Source: Octopus sinensis (taxonomy: Eukaryota). From it: DNA of 64,000 bases. The first letter of the stretch is position 1; each line of letters starts with the position of its first letter. This document shows, in pieces, positions 11,746-25,445 of the stretch. A program made the position numbers and the translations under genes. Where the stretch lies: assembly GCF_006345805.1 (NCBI RefSeq), contig NC_043010.1:24986001-25050000 (forward strand). The letters are read 5' to 3'. Below the pieces are notes generated by a model. The model saw only the letters and a list, made by a program, of their open reading frames with translations, searched no databases and was not told where the DNA came from.

Positions 11746-14400
11746 AATATAATCAGACTGGCCCAGCCATATTACCCCAAACAGTAGTAATAACAACCGC
11801 CAACACAACAGAGCAATACCACACCCATCAACAACCAGGAGGATTATCAAGCCCCCCACACGTATTGCAAACAACTCCGCCTGGGATTAGCAGCACACGA
11901 CCGAGTAATGCAATGCACTGCAACTGCATATGTGCATCCGAGTGTCCGCTACAGGGCGCATGTAGGGCGAAAAACGTAATATATTCATGTGAGGTGAGTA
12001 CCCAGTTTAACAAACTCACCTACATAGGTTGCTCAACCTCCTGGAAATCCAGATACTACAACCACCGGTCTCGCTGATGAAACACAGACAAGGCTAACAG
12101 CACCTCCCTTTCTAAAAAAATTTGAGAATTAAAAGACAAATGCATAGGCTTCAAACTCAGGTGGTCCATCATCGGATCAGCTGTGACACCTTATTTAAAT
12201 AATAGAGCGGGATGCCCAACTAGTTGTGTAGAACTCCTGAACATCTTGAAATTCAAGGACAAACACAATCTTATTAACAAAAGGTCAGAGTTCAAACCAT
12301 CCTGTATACACAAAACTTATAATACTTTCAAATACTACAAAGCTTAGGTTATTATAACCAACTCCCCATGCAATTTCCTCCCACCCGGTGCAAACTGTCG
12401 GCTCCAGCACATCCCGCTTTCCTATATGTGCGTGTATATGTGTATATGTGTGCGTATATATATGTATGTGCACATATGTGTATGTATAGTTATATTAATA
12501 TATATATAGTCTTGTGCGTGTGGTGTGTGTGTCTGTTGTGTGTATGTGCATATATGTTTCCTGCATTTTCCTCATATATACACATTTTTTTCCCTACATA
12601 TTTCTTCTCCTACACCCATTATCCTTCCTATCTAGTCTCTTATTTCCCTATATCTATACCCTTTCACATTTCTAACTCGGATGGGAACGCACACCGCAAA
12701 CTCCACTTCCCACCCTTCCAATTTTCAGTTCCCCCCGCCCGCCCCTCGTGGGCACCTTTAACACACCACCTCTAACTTCAACCACCTTCATTCATGTTAA
12801 ACTTTACCAGATTATATTTTTACTTTTTTATTTTATTTTTATTTTGCTTTCCTATTCTATTTCGCTTTACCTTATTCTTATTTTTATTTTCATCCCTTAT
12901 CTAATTCTTATAATTTTTATAATTTTTATATTTCATTTCTAACTTTTATATTGTATTCTTTATTTAATATGGTATTTCTTACTTTTATTTCTATTTTTTA
13001 TTCTTACCTCATTCTTACCCCTAACTTATCGCTTTATATCTCTATATATGTCTATTTTTTTTTGTTATCCCTTATTACCCTATGGATCCGCTTTATGATT
13101 ACACGAGCGTCCGTGTACGTATGTATACGTATACATATGTGTACATATGTACGAGTAAACATTTACGTCTGGATGTGCATACCGTATTTTTACATTTTTT
13201 TACATTTTCTTATATGCATATGTTTACACCTATTTGTATACATCTTTTAATATCTTATAGCTATACCCATATGCGCGTATGTCCTGTGTGTGTATGTAAG
13301 TGTTATGTGCACGCACATATGGACACACAGCCGTGTGTGCGTGCACGTATAGACGGAGTGCGTGATTCTTTACAACGTTCTTATATACATCCTTTAAATA
13401 TTATATCTAAACCTGGAAGCGTGGGCATCTGTGTATGTGTATGTAAGGATGGACGTACGGATGTAATATGGGTGTGTACACGTATAATTGTCGTGTATAT
13501 ATGCGCATATTCTGTTGATGTATGTATATTACGCGCGTGCGTGTGGGTGTATATGTGTTTATGTACATGTTTACACGTGGTTCGATGTATGGTTATAGGC
13601 TTGGAGCTTGCGTGCGCGCTTAGTGTAGCGCGCGTATATGTGCGCGTGTATATAGGTGTATGTATCCATGATGGTATGTATGTACAGATGACCAATTAAT
13701 TCAAAGAACTAGATTAACCGCTCAACAGCTCTGATTTACAATTAACTAGGTCCCCAGACGACCCTGTTGATTTATTGACACCCCAAAGCTTACAACTAAA
13801 TTTATCAATCTCGTGTTTGGTCCCGTAACCTCTTACATCCTTTATCTTTATATTTTTTACATTTTTTTATCATTTTTATTCCTATTTTTATTTTTTTACT
13901 TTTTACTTTTATTTCTATTTTCTATTTTTACTTTATAACTTATGCCTTTACATTCATTTATATTTCTTTATATTCTTTATAACCCCTTTATATCTCCTTA
14001 TATCTCTTTATATCTTTATACTCTACATTTTTATATTTTTCTATACTTACAATTTTTATACATTTCTTATCCTTCGTCCTGATTCTCGCCCCTCCATCTT
14101 CACGTCTATATATGTATTTATTTATTTTACATTACTTCAACATCCAATTTCCTCATTCTACATTGAGAGAAGAAAGAGATGGACGCTTCAATTCTATGCT
14201 GTTGCCGATTATGTCGTACGCGAATGAGAGGATTTGCATCCCCAACCAAGAATTTTTGATGTAACACATGTCCTTGTGAAAGCTGTTGTGCGCGCGGCTG
14301 AAGAAGGCCACAGACATACATTATGCATTGTTAGAAATCTGTCTAATATAGACCCGAAACAATAGGTACCGCTGAATCCTTGGCATCATGTTTTTATTTT
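11746..14400 (+). mobile_element. Penelope-like element (Hydra-clade-like) 3' part: degenerate GIY-YIG plus long pseudo-LTR ending in a hammerhead
   Basis: 11865-12077 HCNCICASECPLQGACRAKNVIYSCEV...YIGCSTSWKSRYYNHR; downstream frames give ELKD...LRWSII...LINKRSEF..SCIH; hammerhead at 14294-14372. Confidence 0.7.
14294..14372 (+). ncRNA. Type I hammerhead-like motif with extended (~51 nt) stem II
   Basis: GCGG-CUGAAGA-[AGGCC ACAGA...UCUGU...GACCC]-GAAAC AAUAG GUA-CCGC; base of stem II imperfect. Confidence 0.6.
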
Positions 14401-14405
14401 GATCA

Positions 14406-14469
<64 letters not shown>

Positions 14470-14479
14470 GATATATAAC

Positions 14480-14510
<31 letters not shown>

Positions 14511-14583
14511 TATATATATAATATACACACCAAATATATATATATACATATATATTATATATATTATATATATATAATATATT

Positions 14584-14701
<118 letters not shown>

Positions 14702-14736
14702 TTATATAATATATATAATACATATATATATAATTA

Positions 14737-15728
14737 ATATAAGGGTGAGAGAATTAGATCCTAATTTAATAGTATATCCATTCACCCCAAGTGGCCCAGT
14801 GCTTTCGAGAAACCTGGTTATTATAATATTTCTTATATATTATAATATTTTTACAAAAATAATTAGAAGAGAATGGTCACTATGTGGCTCATTCTAGCAC
14901 TAGAAAAATCCAAAAGGTTTCAACCACAAAAATACATGTTTCCCGTGAAGTCAGTACGATGTTAGCTCACACGAAAGGGCAAATAAAAAACAACAAAAAT
15001 ACAGATTATTTTGGGACAATTGTTTTGCTATAATGAATTAAATGTATAATTTTACTTACAAAAAACCCAACTTGTAGCTCCTCGGCCAAAACTATCTGGA
15101 TGAAATCCACATCAAATCACACGCCAGATTTTACCATAACGATAAATACCAGTGTGGTTCAATTGATTACATCCGACGTTATAATTCAAATGCCCCTACT
15201 AACAACGCGCCAAACTTTCATGGAAACAATACTACATTAGAAATAAATGTAGCATAATTATAATTAATTAATAAGGGTGAGAGAATTAGATACTAATTTA
15301 ATAGTATATCCATTCAAACACCAAGTGGCCAGTGCTTCGAGAAACCTTATTTCTAAATGTAGTATTTGTTTCCATGAAAGTTTGGCGGTGTTGTTAGGGG
15401 GCATTTGAATTATAACGTCGGATGTAATCAATTGAACCACAAGTTGTATTTATCGTTATGGTAAAATCTGGCGGGTGTGATTGAGTGGATTTCATCCAGA
15501 TAGTTTGGCGAGGAGCTACAAGTGGGTTTTTTGGTAAGTAAAATTACATTTTAATTCATAGTTAGCGAAACAATTGTCCCAAAATAATCTGTATTTTGTT
15601 GTTTTTTATTTGCCCTGTTCGTGTGAGCGAACAATCGTACTGAACTTTCACGGGAAAACATGTATTTTGTGGTTGAAACCTTTTTGATTTTCTAGTGCTA
15701 GAATGAGCCACATAGTGACCATTCTCTT
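14737..15728. repeat. X-Y-X-Y(inverted) structure: ~80-bp direct repeat plus ~380-bp inverted arms
   Basis: 14865-15246 is the reverse complement of 15346-15728; 14737-14815 recurs at ~15265-15345. Confidence 0.85.
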
Positions 15729-15756
15729 ATATTTATTATTATTTTATTATTTTACA

Positions 15757-15790
<34 letters not shown>

Positions 15791-15864
15791 ATATACATAT
15801 ATATATATACATATATATATCTATAGATATTATATCTATATATAATATATATATATAATATACC

Positions 15865-15899
<35 letters not shown>

Positions 15900-16071
15900 T
15901 ATATATATCATATATATATAATATATATATACTTTGATACTTTGATACTTTGATAGGTTTCGCCATGTCTAACTAATAGCACCACATACATATATATACC
16001 TCTATATATGTATACATATATATATAACATATATATATACATATATATATATATATACATATATTATATAC

Positions 16072-16102
<31 letters not shown>

Positions 16103-16177
16103 CTCTATATATATATATATATATATATACATATGTATATATACATATATATGTATATATATATATACATATATATA

Positions 16178-18707
16178 TGATTTTGATTTTGATTCTTCCA
16201 GTTTCAGCTAATGAGCTGTGGCCATGCTGGGGCCCGCCATTTGGTTTGCTACACGGTTTTACCTCACGGATGCTTTTTAGCAAACGCCATCTGATGCATG
16301 AGAGAGTTCGATGCAGCTGCCCTCATCTGCCACCTCCTGCCGTGAAATTGGTTCATCCGGGACACCTGATAGGAAAATCCAGTCCTACTTTAAAGACATC
16401 CGCATCTACACCATGCAGTCCCTCAGGTTCTTCGGGAGAATCTTGAAGAGCCGTGGCCCTCTGAAGCCAAGGCTATCACCATATCTTGTCCTACATCTTG
16501 ATGGCAAATTTGGAGTCCTTGGTACTATACAGTGGCGTCCGGTTTCTTGCATTTGTGTGACTCTCGATGCCAAAGTCTGGGACAAGCCTTCCAGGATCTT
16601 CCAGATATATATTATGGTATATCTTTCTTGTCTACGCTCCAGGGAATAGAGCTTTAATCTCTTGAGTCTCTCCCAGTAGCTCATATGCTGCACAGAGGCT
16701 ATCTTCTTCGTGTAGCTTCGTTGGATCGCCTCAAGTTCTGTGATCAACTTGACACTGGATGGTGACCATAGCTGAGAGCAATAGTCAAAGTGGCTTAGGA
16801 CAAGTGTCTTCCAGAGGACGATCATGGTTTCTTGTTCTCTTGTTCTAAAGGTTCTAAGAATCCATCCAGCCAGCCGTCTACATTTCATTGTCAGTTTAGC
16901 AACATGTACATGAAAGGTCGCGTCATCACTCATGTGAATACGCAGGTCACGCACTGATTGTGCCTCTGGGATTGCAATCCCTCCGGGTCCAGTGTATTCA
17001 TTGGGTATTGCATTCAGTTTTGCATGCTGGTAGTATAAAGCTTGAAACTTTTCAGCATTGAACTGCATGCTATTCTTTTCAGCCCACTTGTATATTTCGT
17101 CCAGCTCACATTGCAGGTACTTAGTGTCTTCAGGGTTCTGTATTGCCTGTGAAACTTTTGTATCATCTGCATAACTTGTGATCATGGCTCTCTGCGTGGC
17201 TGAGGGCATGTCTGAGAGGGCCATTATGAACAGTAGTGGTCCCAAAACAGTGCCCTGCGGAACACCGCTCACTATTTGCGTGTTTATGGAAGTGGCTGCT
17301 ACCACCTGAGTTCTATCTTACAGAAAGTCATGAAGCCATTCTCCTAGTTTTCCAACTATGCCAAGATCACGCAGCTTGTGACATATCATTCCATGATCGA
17401 CTTTATCGAAGGCCTTTGCGAAGTCGAGATATATGACTTCCACATTTGAGTGGTTGAGCAGCCGTTTCAGCACCCAGTCATAGTGCTGCAGGAGCTGAGT
17501 TAAGCAGCTTCTTCCTGGTCGGAAACCATGTTGGGTGTCAGGCAGCAAGTCATTTTCTTCAAGGAAGGTGATTAGTTTCCTTCTGACTATTCGTTCCATG
17601 ACCTTGCTGATGTGTGAGGTCAGAGAGATAGGTCTGTAGTTCTTGGCCTCCGCTCTGCTACCTCTTTTATGAATAGGGCATATTTTACCTTCCTTCAGTT
17701 TTCTTGGAAGTTTGCCAGCTGCAAGGAAGCTCTGAAAGAGGAACTGCAGTGGTCTTGCTAGGACTCTCTTACATACTTTTAGGAGGATTGCCGGGAATCC
17801 ATCGGGGCCAGTAGCTGAGTCTGTTTTCATTTCATCTATAGCCTTTATTACATCGTCTTCCTTTATATCGATGTAATTTATTGTCGCCGCCTCTGATCTA
17901 TATCTGCAGTGGTAAAGAAGTCAGTTGGATTGCTGATTTGGAAATGCCCAAGGGGTGGAGTGAAAACACTCTGAATTGTTCATTCAGTATTTCACTTACC
18001 CTCATTGGTTTTCCTGTGAGTGTGCCATCCTTTTAAGGAGTGGTCCTATCCTACAGTGCACCGTAGCTGTTTCTTTGGCATACTGTAGAAAGCTCTGGGG
18101 TTAGTTTTTATGTTGTCTATAGCCCAGGCTTCTTTGTCTGCTCTTTCCTTCACATGGGAGAGTTGCAGACAATTTTCAATTTTCAACAGTTTTATTTTCA
18201 GGCGGGACTTTTCATGCTTTCAATTTGTTTGTTTAGGCGATTTGGAATTTTTGTACGCCGTCTCATTAAAATTTTCCCTCTCTGGGGATTTTGTTCTTGT
18301 GTACAGTGGCCTTTCTCTTGGGGACACATTTGTAGCATATGGCTTGCATTACAGACATGAATGTTGAAGTATCATGTCGATGTCCGGCGAGGAGAGGCAT
18401 TCAGGCCAGTTTTGTTTGAGGATCTCTTTCTCAATTTGTTTCCAGTTTGCCTTATTGAAGTTCAAGCTGGAAAGATTCTGAGGGTTTCTTGTAGGCTGCA
18501 TGTCCGTGCTCTCTTTTGGCCCGTACATGGTCAGCTCTACCATGTTGTGATCCGAGAGTAGTGTCGGTGTCACTTTCACATTATGGATGAGATCCATATT
18601 ATTTGTGAAGCAGAGATCCAGTGTGTTACCTGCTCTGGTTGGTTGGAGTATTACTTGCTCCATGTACAGGGTGTTGATGAGGTTCAGGAGGGACCTCGCC
18701 TGTCCTC
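16178..18707 (-). mobile_element. CR1-group LINE, ~2.5-kb 5'-truncated copy (end of EN linker plus RT) with (AATCAA)n tail
   Basis: ORFs 18349-18663, 17318-17830 (GPDGFP..LLK, NYRPISLTSH..KVME, YLDFAKAFDKVDH), 16406-17305 (SGVPQGTVLGPLLF, YADDTK). Confidence 0.92.
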
Positions 18708-18733
18708 ATATATATATATACATATATATATAT

Positions 18734-18775
<42 letters not shown>

Positions 18776-18867
18776 ATAACATATATATATATATATATAA
18801 TATATATATATACATATATATATACATATATATATATATTATATATATATATACATATATATATATA

Positions 18868-21800
18868 CTAGCAGTAGTATCGCTCGGCGTTGCTCGGGTT
18901 GTAAGGGAAATAACTATATAAGCATTTTTAGAGAGTTATAGCCAAAAAATAGCAAAAAAATGCATTAAAAATTGAAAAAAAATTAAGGTAAATTTTTTTT
19001 GAAATCGTTGACACATCCTAGATATTTTTAGAGAGTTACTTCCCTTATATAAAAGCGAAAAAAATGCATTAAAATGGAAAAATACGATGGTAAATTTTTT
19101 TTAAATCGTAGACTCATCGTAGACGCACGCTAATACCCAGAAGGGCTCGATATGAATCTCGACTATAAGATACCCGCTTTTGGTTAAACTGCACCGCAAA
19201 ATGTGGGAGTAGTTAGGAATCTAAATCGTAGGAGACAGACACACAACTTCACTCTTATATAAAGATGTTTTTTTTTTTCAGTCATAGAGCTAGATTTATG
19301 AAGGTCTTCAGTAGAAAATCCTTCGAATTCTGACTCGCTGCTTGATATAATGAAATTCGTATCCATTTTTTGTCAGAATTACAAATTTTAAAAACACAAT
19401 AGGAACAAATTTCGGAAAAAAATCTCCCATAATTCACGGAATTAAAATTACACTTCGGTTTTTGTACAAAACTGTATTTGAAGTGTTTACGAAGTATAAT
19501 ACGTGTTTTCACGAATGTACGAAAGAGATTTGCTCTGATATTCTCATTTAAATATGAATAGGTAAATTCGGGCGGCTTGGTAACGAAAGGGTTAAACGGA
19601 TGCATACATTTATTAATCTCTTATTATAATAACTATATATAAGTGTCGTCTGTTTATACATAAACACTGTTTCATACTGCAATTATATATACGTATATCT
19701 ATATATCTCTTATTATAAAAGGCATATTTTATCTGCCTCCCCTTGGGAGTTATAGAAATCTACAATATAGGATTTCTTCAATTACAATTTACCTAGCATT
19801 TTTAAGAGTACAATGCATCGCGTCATGCCAGGTCCAGTTTTTAAAATTTAAACTCCAATTAAGCAAAATTTACAGAAAACTCACATTCTGGTGTGTGTGT
19901 CAAATGCTTTTCTTAGTCTAGTTTACACCACACGCAAACGCACACACACAGTGTGCGACGAATAAAATGAAAGTAAATAGCGACAGAGTGATTTGAGGAA
20001 GATTAAACTGAAAGTATTTAAACCACTACTCAAAAAATAAAAAAAACACAGCAAACAGAAACAAATAAATACATAACCATTTACTCCTCACACAATTTCT
20101 TCAATTAGAATTTACCTAAGATTTTTCAGAGTACTTCAGTGGGTGATGCCATAAAAAATTTCTTTCAATTTTACCACCAATTAAGCCAAAATTCGAGAAA
20201 ACTCAATATTTTAACATATCACTCCGAAAGCATTGATGTACATGTGTGCGTGCGTGAGTGTGTGTGTGTGTCATTCCTCACACACACGCATACACATACA
20301 TATACAACTACATACAACTACATACAAACACGTGTGTGTTTGTTATTAGTAAAAAAGGCGCCAAATCACAACTCACTTATCATTCCAACACATTTGCAAA
20401 GACACACGGACGGACAGAAAAGGTAAATTGGTTTTTATTTTACTCTGTATATATTTTATTATATAATATTATATATAGATATATGTATATATAATTGCAG
20501 TATGAAACAGTGTTTATGTATAAACAGACGACACTTATATATAGTTATTATAATAAGAGATTAATAAATGTATGCATCCGTTTAACCCTTTCGTTACCAA
20601 GCCGCCCGAATTTACCTATTCGTATTTAAATGAGAATATCAGAGCAAATCTCTTTAGTACATTCGTGAAAACACGTATTATACTTCGTAAACACTTCAAC
20701 TACAGTTTTGTACAAAAATCGAAGTGTAATTTTAATTCCGTGAATTATGGGAGATTTTTTTCCGAAATTTGTTCCTATTGTGTTTTCAAAATTTGTAATT
20801 CTGACAAAAAATAGATACGAATTTCATTATATCAAGCAGCGAGTCAGAATTCGAAGGATTTTCTACTGAAGACCTTCATAAATCTAACTCTATGACTGAA
20901 AAAAAAAAAAGCATCTTTATATAAGAGTGAAGTTGTGTGGTGTCTGTCTCCTACGATTTAGATTCCTAACTACTCCCACATTTTGCGGTGCAGTTTAACC
21001 AAAAGCGGGTATCTTATAGTCGTGATTCATATCGAGCCCTTCTGGGTATTAGCGTGCGTCTACGATGAGTCTACGATTTAAAAAAAATTCACCATCGTAT
21101 TTTTCCATTTTAATGCATCTTTTTCGCTTTTATATAAGGGAAGTAACTCTCTAAAAATATCTACGATGTGTCAACGATTTCAAAAAAAAATTACCTTAAT
21201 TTTTTTTCAATTTTTAATGCATTTTTTTGCTATTTTTTGGCTATAACTCTCTAAAAATGCTTATATAGTTATTTCCCTTACAACCCGAGCAACGCCGGGC
21301 GATGCTGCTAGTAATATTATATAATAAAATATATACAGAGTAAAACAAAAACCAATTTACATTTTCTGTCCGTCCGTGTGTCTTTGCAAATGTGTTGGAA
21401 TGATAAGTGAGTTGTATTTTTGCGCCTTTTTTAGTAATAACAAACACACACGTGTTTGTATGTAGTTGTATGTGTATGTAGTTGTATGTAGTTGTATATG
21501 TATGTGTATGCGTGTGTGTGAGGAATGACACACACACACACTCACGCACGCACACATGTACATCAATGCTTTCGGAGTGATATGTTAAAATATTGAGTTT
21601 TCTCGAATTTTGTCTTAATTGGGGGTGAAATTGAAAGAAATATATTATGGCATGAGCGAATGGAGTACTTTGAAAAATCTTAGGTAAATTCTAATTGAAG
21701 AAATTGTGTGAGGAGTAAATGGTTATGTATTATTTGTTTCTGTTTGCTGTGTTTTTTTATTTTTTGAGTAGTGGTTTAAATACTTTCAGTTTAGTCTTCC

Positions 21801-22085
21801 TCAAATCACTCTGTCGCTATTTACTTTCATTTTATTCGTTGCACACTGTGTGTGTGCGTTTGCGTGTGGTGTAAACCAGACTAAGAAAAGCATTTGACAC
21901 ACACACCAGAATGTGAGTTTTCTGTAAATTTTGCTTAATTGGAGTTTAAATTTTTAAAACTGGACCTGGCATGACGCGATGCATTCTTAAAAATGCTAGG
22001 TAAATTGTAATTGAAGAAATCCTATATTGTAGATTTGTATAACTCCCAAAGGGAGGCAGATAAAATCTGCCTTTTATAATAAGAG

Positions 22086-22086
<1 letters not shown>
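18868..22086 (-). mobile_element. Non-autonomous Helitron (host copy) split by an antiparallel copy of the same family
   Basis: Minus-strand 5' TCTCTTATTATAAAAGGC at 22086; 3' hairpin ACCCGAGCAACGCCGAGC and CTAG at 18868; halves are 18868-19705 and 21312-22086. Confidence 0.85.
19706..21311 (+). mobile_element. Non-autonomous Helitron, 1606 bp, nested insertion
   Basis: A|TCTCTTATTATAAAAGGC ... CCCGAGCAACGCCGGG hairpin ... CTAG|T; removing it restores the host junction with no TSD. Confidence 0.9.
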
Positions 22087-22118
<32 letters not shown>

Positions 22119-22147
22119 CATATATACATATATATTATATACATATA

Positions 22148-22238
<91 letters not shown>

Positions 22239-22244
22239 CATATA

Positions 22245-23417
22245 TCTCTTATTATAAAAGGCAGATTTTATCTGCCTCCCTTTGGGAGTTATAGAAATCT
22301 ACAATATAGGATTTCTTCAATTACAATTTACCTAGCATTTTTAAGAGTACAATGCATCGCGTCATGCCAGGTCCAGTTTTTAAAATTTAAACTCCAATTA
22401 AGCAAAATTTACAGAAAACTCACATTCTGGTGTGTGTGTCAAATGCTTTTCTTAGTCTGGTTTACACCACACGCAAACGCACACAGACAGTGTGCGACGA
22501 ATAAAATGAAAGTAAATGTAATATTTGTTTCTGTCTATCATGCTGATAGATACATGAGTAAAATGTATGGGAAGCTAACAGATAACAGTGAGTGAAAATG
22601 TTCTTGGAAGAGAGTAAATTAGCGACAGAGTGATTTGAGGAAGACTAAACTGAAAGTATGAAACAGTGTTTATGTATAAACAGACGACACTTATATAACC
22701 CTTTCGTTACCAAACCTCCCGAATTTACCTATTCATATTTAAATGAGAATATCAGAGTAATCTCTTTAGTACATTCGTGAAAACACGTATTATACTTCGT
22801 AAACACTTCAAATACAGTTTTGTACAAAAATCGAAGTGTAATTTTAATTCCGTGAATTATGGGAGATTTTTTTCCGAAATTTGTTCCTATTGTGTTTTCA
22901 AAATTTGTAATTCTGACAAAAAATGGATACGAATTTCATTATATCAAGCAGCGAGTCAGAATTCGAAGGATTTTCTACTGAAGACCTTCATAAATCTAAC
23001 TCTATGACTGACAAAAAAAAAGCATCTTTATATAAGAGTGAAGTTGTGTGTCTGTCCCCTTATATTTAGATTCGTAACTACTCCCACATTTTGCGGTGCA
23101 GTTTAAACCAAAGCGGGTATCTTATAGTCGTGATTCATATCGAGCCCTTCTGGGTATTAGCGCGCGTCTACGATGTGTCTACGATTTTAAAAAAATTTAC
23201 CATCATATTTTTCCATTTTAATGCATTTTTTCGCTTTTATATAAGGGAAGTAACTCTCTAAAAATATCTACGATGTGTCAACGATTTAAAAAAAAATTTA
23301 CCTTAATTTCTTTTCAATTTTTAATGCATTTTTTTGCTATTTTTGGCTATAACTCTCTAAAAATGCTTATATAGTTATTTGCCTTACAACCCGAGCAACG
23401 CCGGGCGATACTGCTAG
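22245..23417 (+). mobile_element. Non-autonomous Helitron, internally deleted variant
   Basis: A|TC start, hairpin plus CTAG|T end; lacks ~500 bp present in the 19706 copy and has a ~100-bp segment that copy lacks. Confidence 0.88.
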
Positions 23418-23449
<32 letters not shown>

Positions 23450-23588
23450 TATATATACATATCTCTTATTATAATATATATATATACTTTGATACTTTGA
23501 TAGGTTTCGGCCATTATACATATATATATATATATATACAATATATATAATATATACATATATATATATATATACATACATAATATAT

Positions 23589-23636
<48 letters not shown>

Positions 23637-23642
23637 CATATA

Positions 23643-24812
23643 TCTCTTATTATAAAAGGCAGATTTTATCTGCCTCCCTTTGGGAGTTATAGAAATCTAC
23701 AATATAGGATTTCTTCAATTACAATTTACCTAGCATTTTTAAGAGTACAATGCATCGCGTCATGCCAGGTCCAGTTTTTAAAATTTAAACTCCAATTAAG
23801 CAAAATTTACAGAAAACTCACATTCTGGTGTGTGTGTCAAATGCTTTTCTTAGTCTGGTTTACACCACACGCAAACGCACACAGACAGTGTGCGACGAAT
23901 AAAATGAAAGTAAATGTAATATTTGTTTCTGTCTATCATGCTGATAGATACATGAGTAAAATGTATGGGAAGCTAACAGATAACAGTGAGTGAAAATGTT
24001 CTTGGAAGAGAGTAAATTAGCGACAGAGTGATTTGAGGAAGACTAAACTGAAAGTATGAAACAGTGTTTATGTATAACAGACGACACTTATATAACCCTT
24101 TCGTTACCAAACCTCCCGAATTTACCTATTCATATTAAATGAGAATATCAGAGTAATCTCTTTAGTACATTCGTGAAAACACGTATTATACTTCGTAAAC
24201 ACTTCAAATACAGTTTTGTACAAAAATCGAAGTGTAATTTTAATTCCGTGAATTATGGGAGATTTTTTTCCGAAATTTGTTCCTATTGTGTTTTCAAAAT
24301 TTGTAATTCTGACAAAAAATGGATACGAATTTCATTATATCAAGCAGCGAGTCAGAATTCGAAGGATTTTCTACTGAAGACCTTCATAAATCTAACTCTA
24401 TGACTGACAAAAAAAAAGCATCTTTATATAAGAGTGAAGTTGTGTGTCTGTCCCCTTATATTTAGATTCGTAACTACTCCCACATTTTGCGGTGCAGTTT
24501 AACCAAAAGCGGGTATCTTATAGTCGTGATTCATATCGAGCCCTTCTGGGTATTAGCGCGCGTCTACGATGTGTCTACGATTTTAAAAAAATTTACCATC
24601 ATATTTTTCCATTTTAATGCATTTTTTCGCTTTTATATAAGGGAAGTAACTCTCTAAAAATATCTACGATGTGTCAACGATTTAAAAAAAAATTTACCTT
24701 AATTTCTTTTCAATTTTTAATGCATTTTTTTGCTATTTTTTGCTATAACTCTCTAAAAATGCTTATATAGTTATTGCCTTACAACCCGAGCAACGCCGGG
24801 CGATACTGCTAG
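23643..24812 (+). mobile_element. Non-autonomous Helitron, near-identical tandem duplicate of 22245-23417
   Basis: Same termini and internal variant; downstream flank also duplicated. Confidence 0.88.
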
Positions 24813-24844
<32 letters not shown>

Positions 24845-24913
24845 TATATATACATATCTCTTATTATAATATATATATATACTTGATACTTTGATAGGTT
24901 TCGGCCATTATAC

Positions 24914-24950
<37 letters not shown>

Positions 24951-25030
24951 ATATAGATATATATATATATATAATATATATATATCTATATATATATATA
25001 TATATATATATAATACATATATATATATAT

Positions 25031-25310
25031 AAGGTAAGGTAAAGACCCCCTTCGGTCATGAATGACCATGGGATTGCACCTAGAAAGTTACCCTCCTAGA
25101 CACAAGTCGCGGCAAGGTTGTTTATGGAAGACCAGCAGTCGCCCATGCATACCGGCCTCCCCTCTCCACGCCACCAGTGTTATCCAAGGGAAAGACAAAG
25201 GCCGATACAGCTTGGCACCTGTGACGTCGCAACTCACTTCTACAGTTGAGTGAACTGGAGCAACGTGAAATAAAGTGCCTTGCTCAAGAACACAACACGC
25301 AGCCCGGTCC
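25031..25310 (-). mobile_element. SINE fragment lacking its tRNA head, CORE/MIR-like central segment
   Basis: aagtgccttgctcaagaacacaac resembles the MIR/CORE segment; short (CCTTA) tail on the minus strand. Confidence 0.55.
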
Positions 25311-25311
25311 G

Positions 25312-25344
<33 letters not shown>

Positions 25345-25355
25345 ATATATATATA

Positions 25356-25421
<66 letters not shown>

Positions 25422-25445
25422 CATATTTATATATATACATATATA

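Noticed and set aside
20865-20890. CUGAAGA in the Helitron copies as hammerheads
   Set aside because: No stem II-GAAA-stem III; better explained as the piggyBac-like N-terminal coding fragment.
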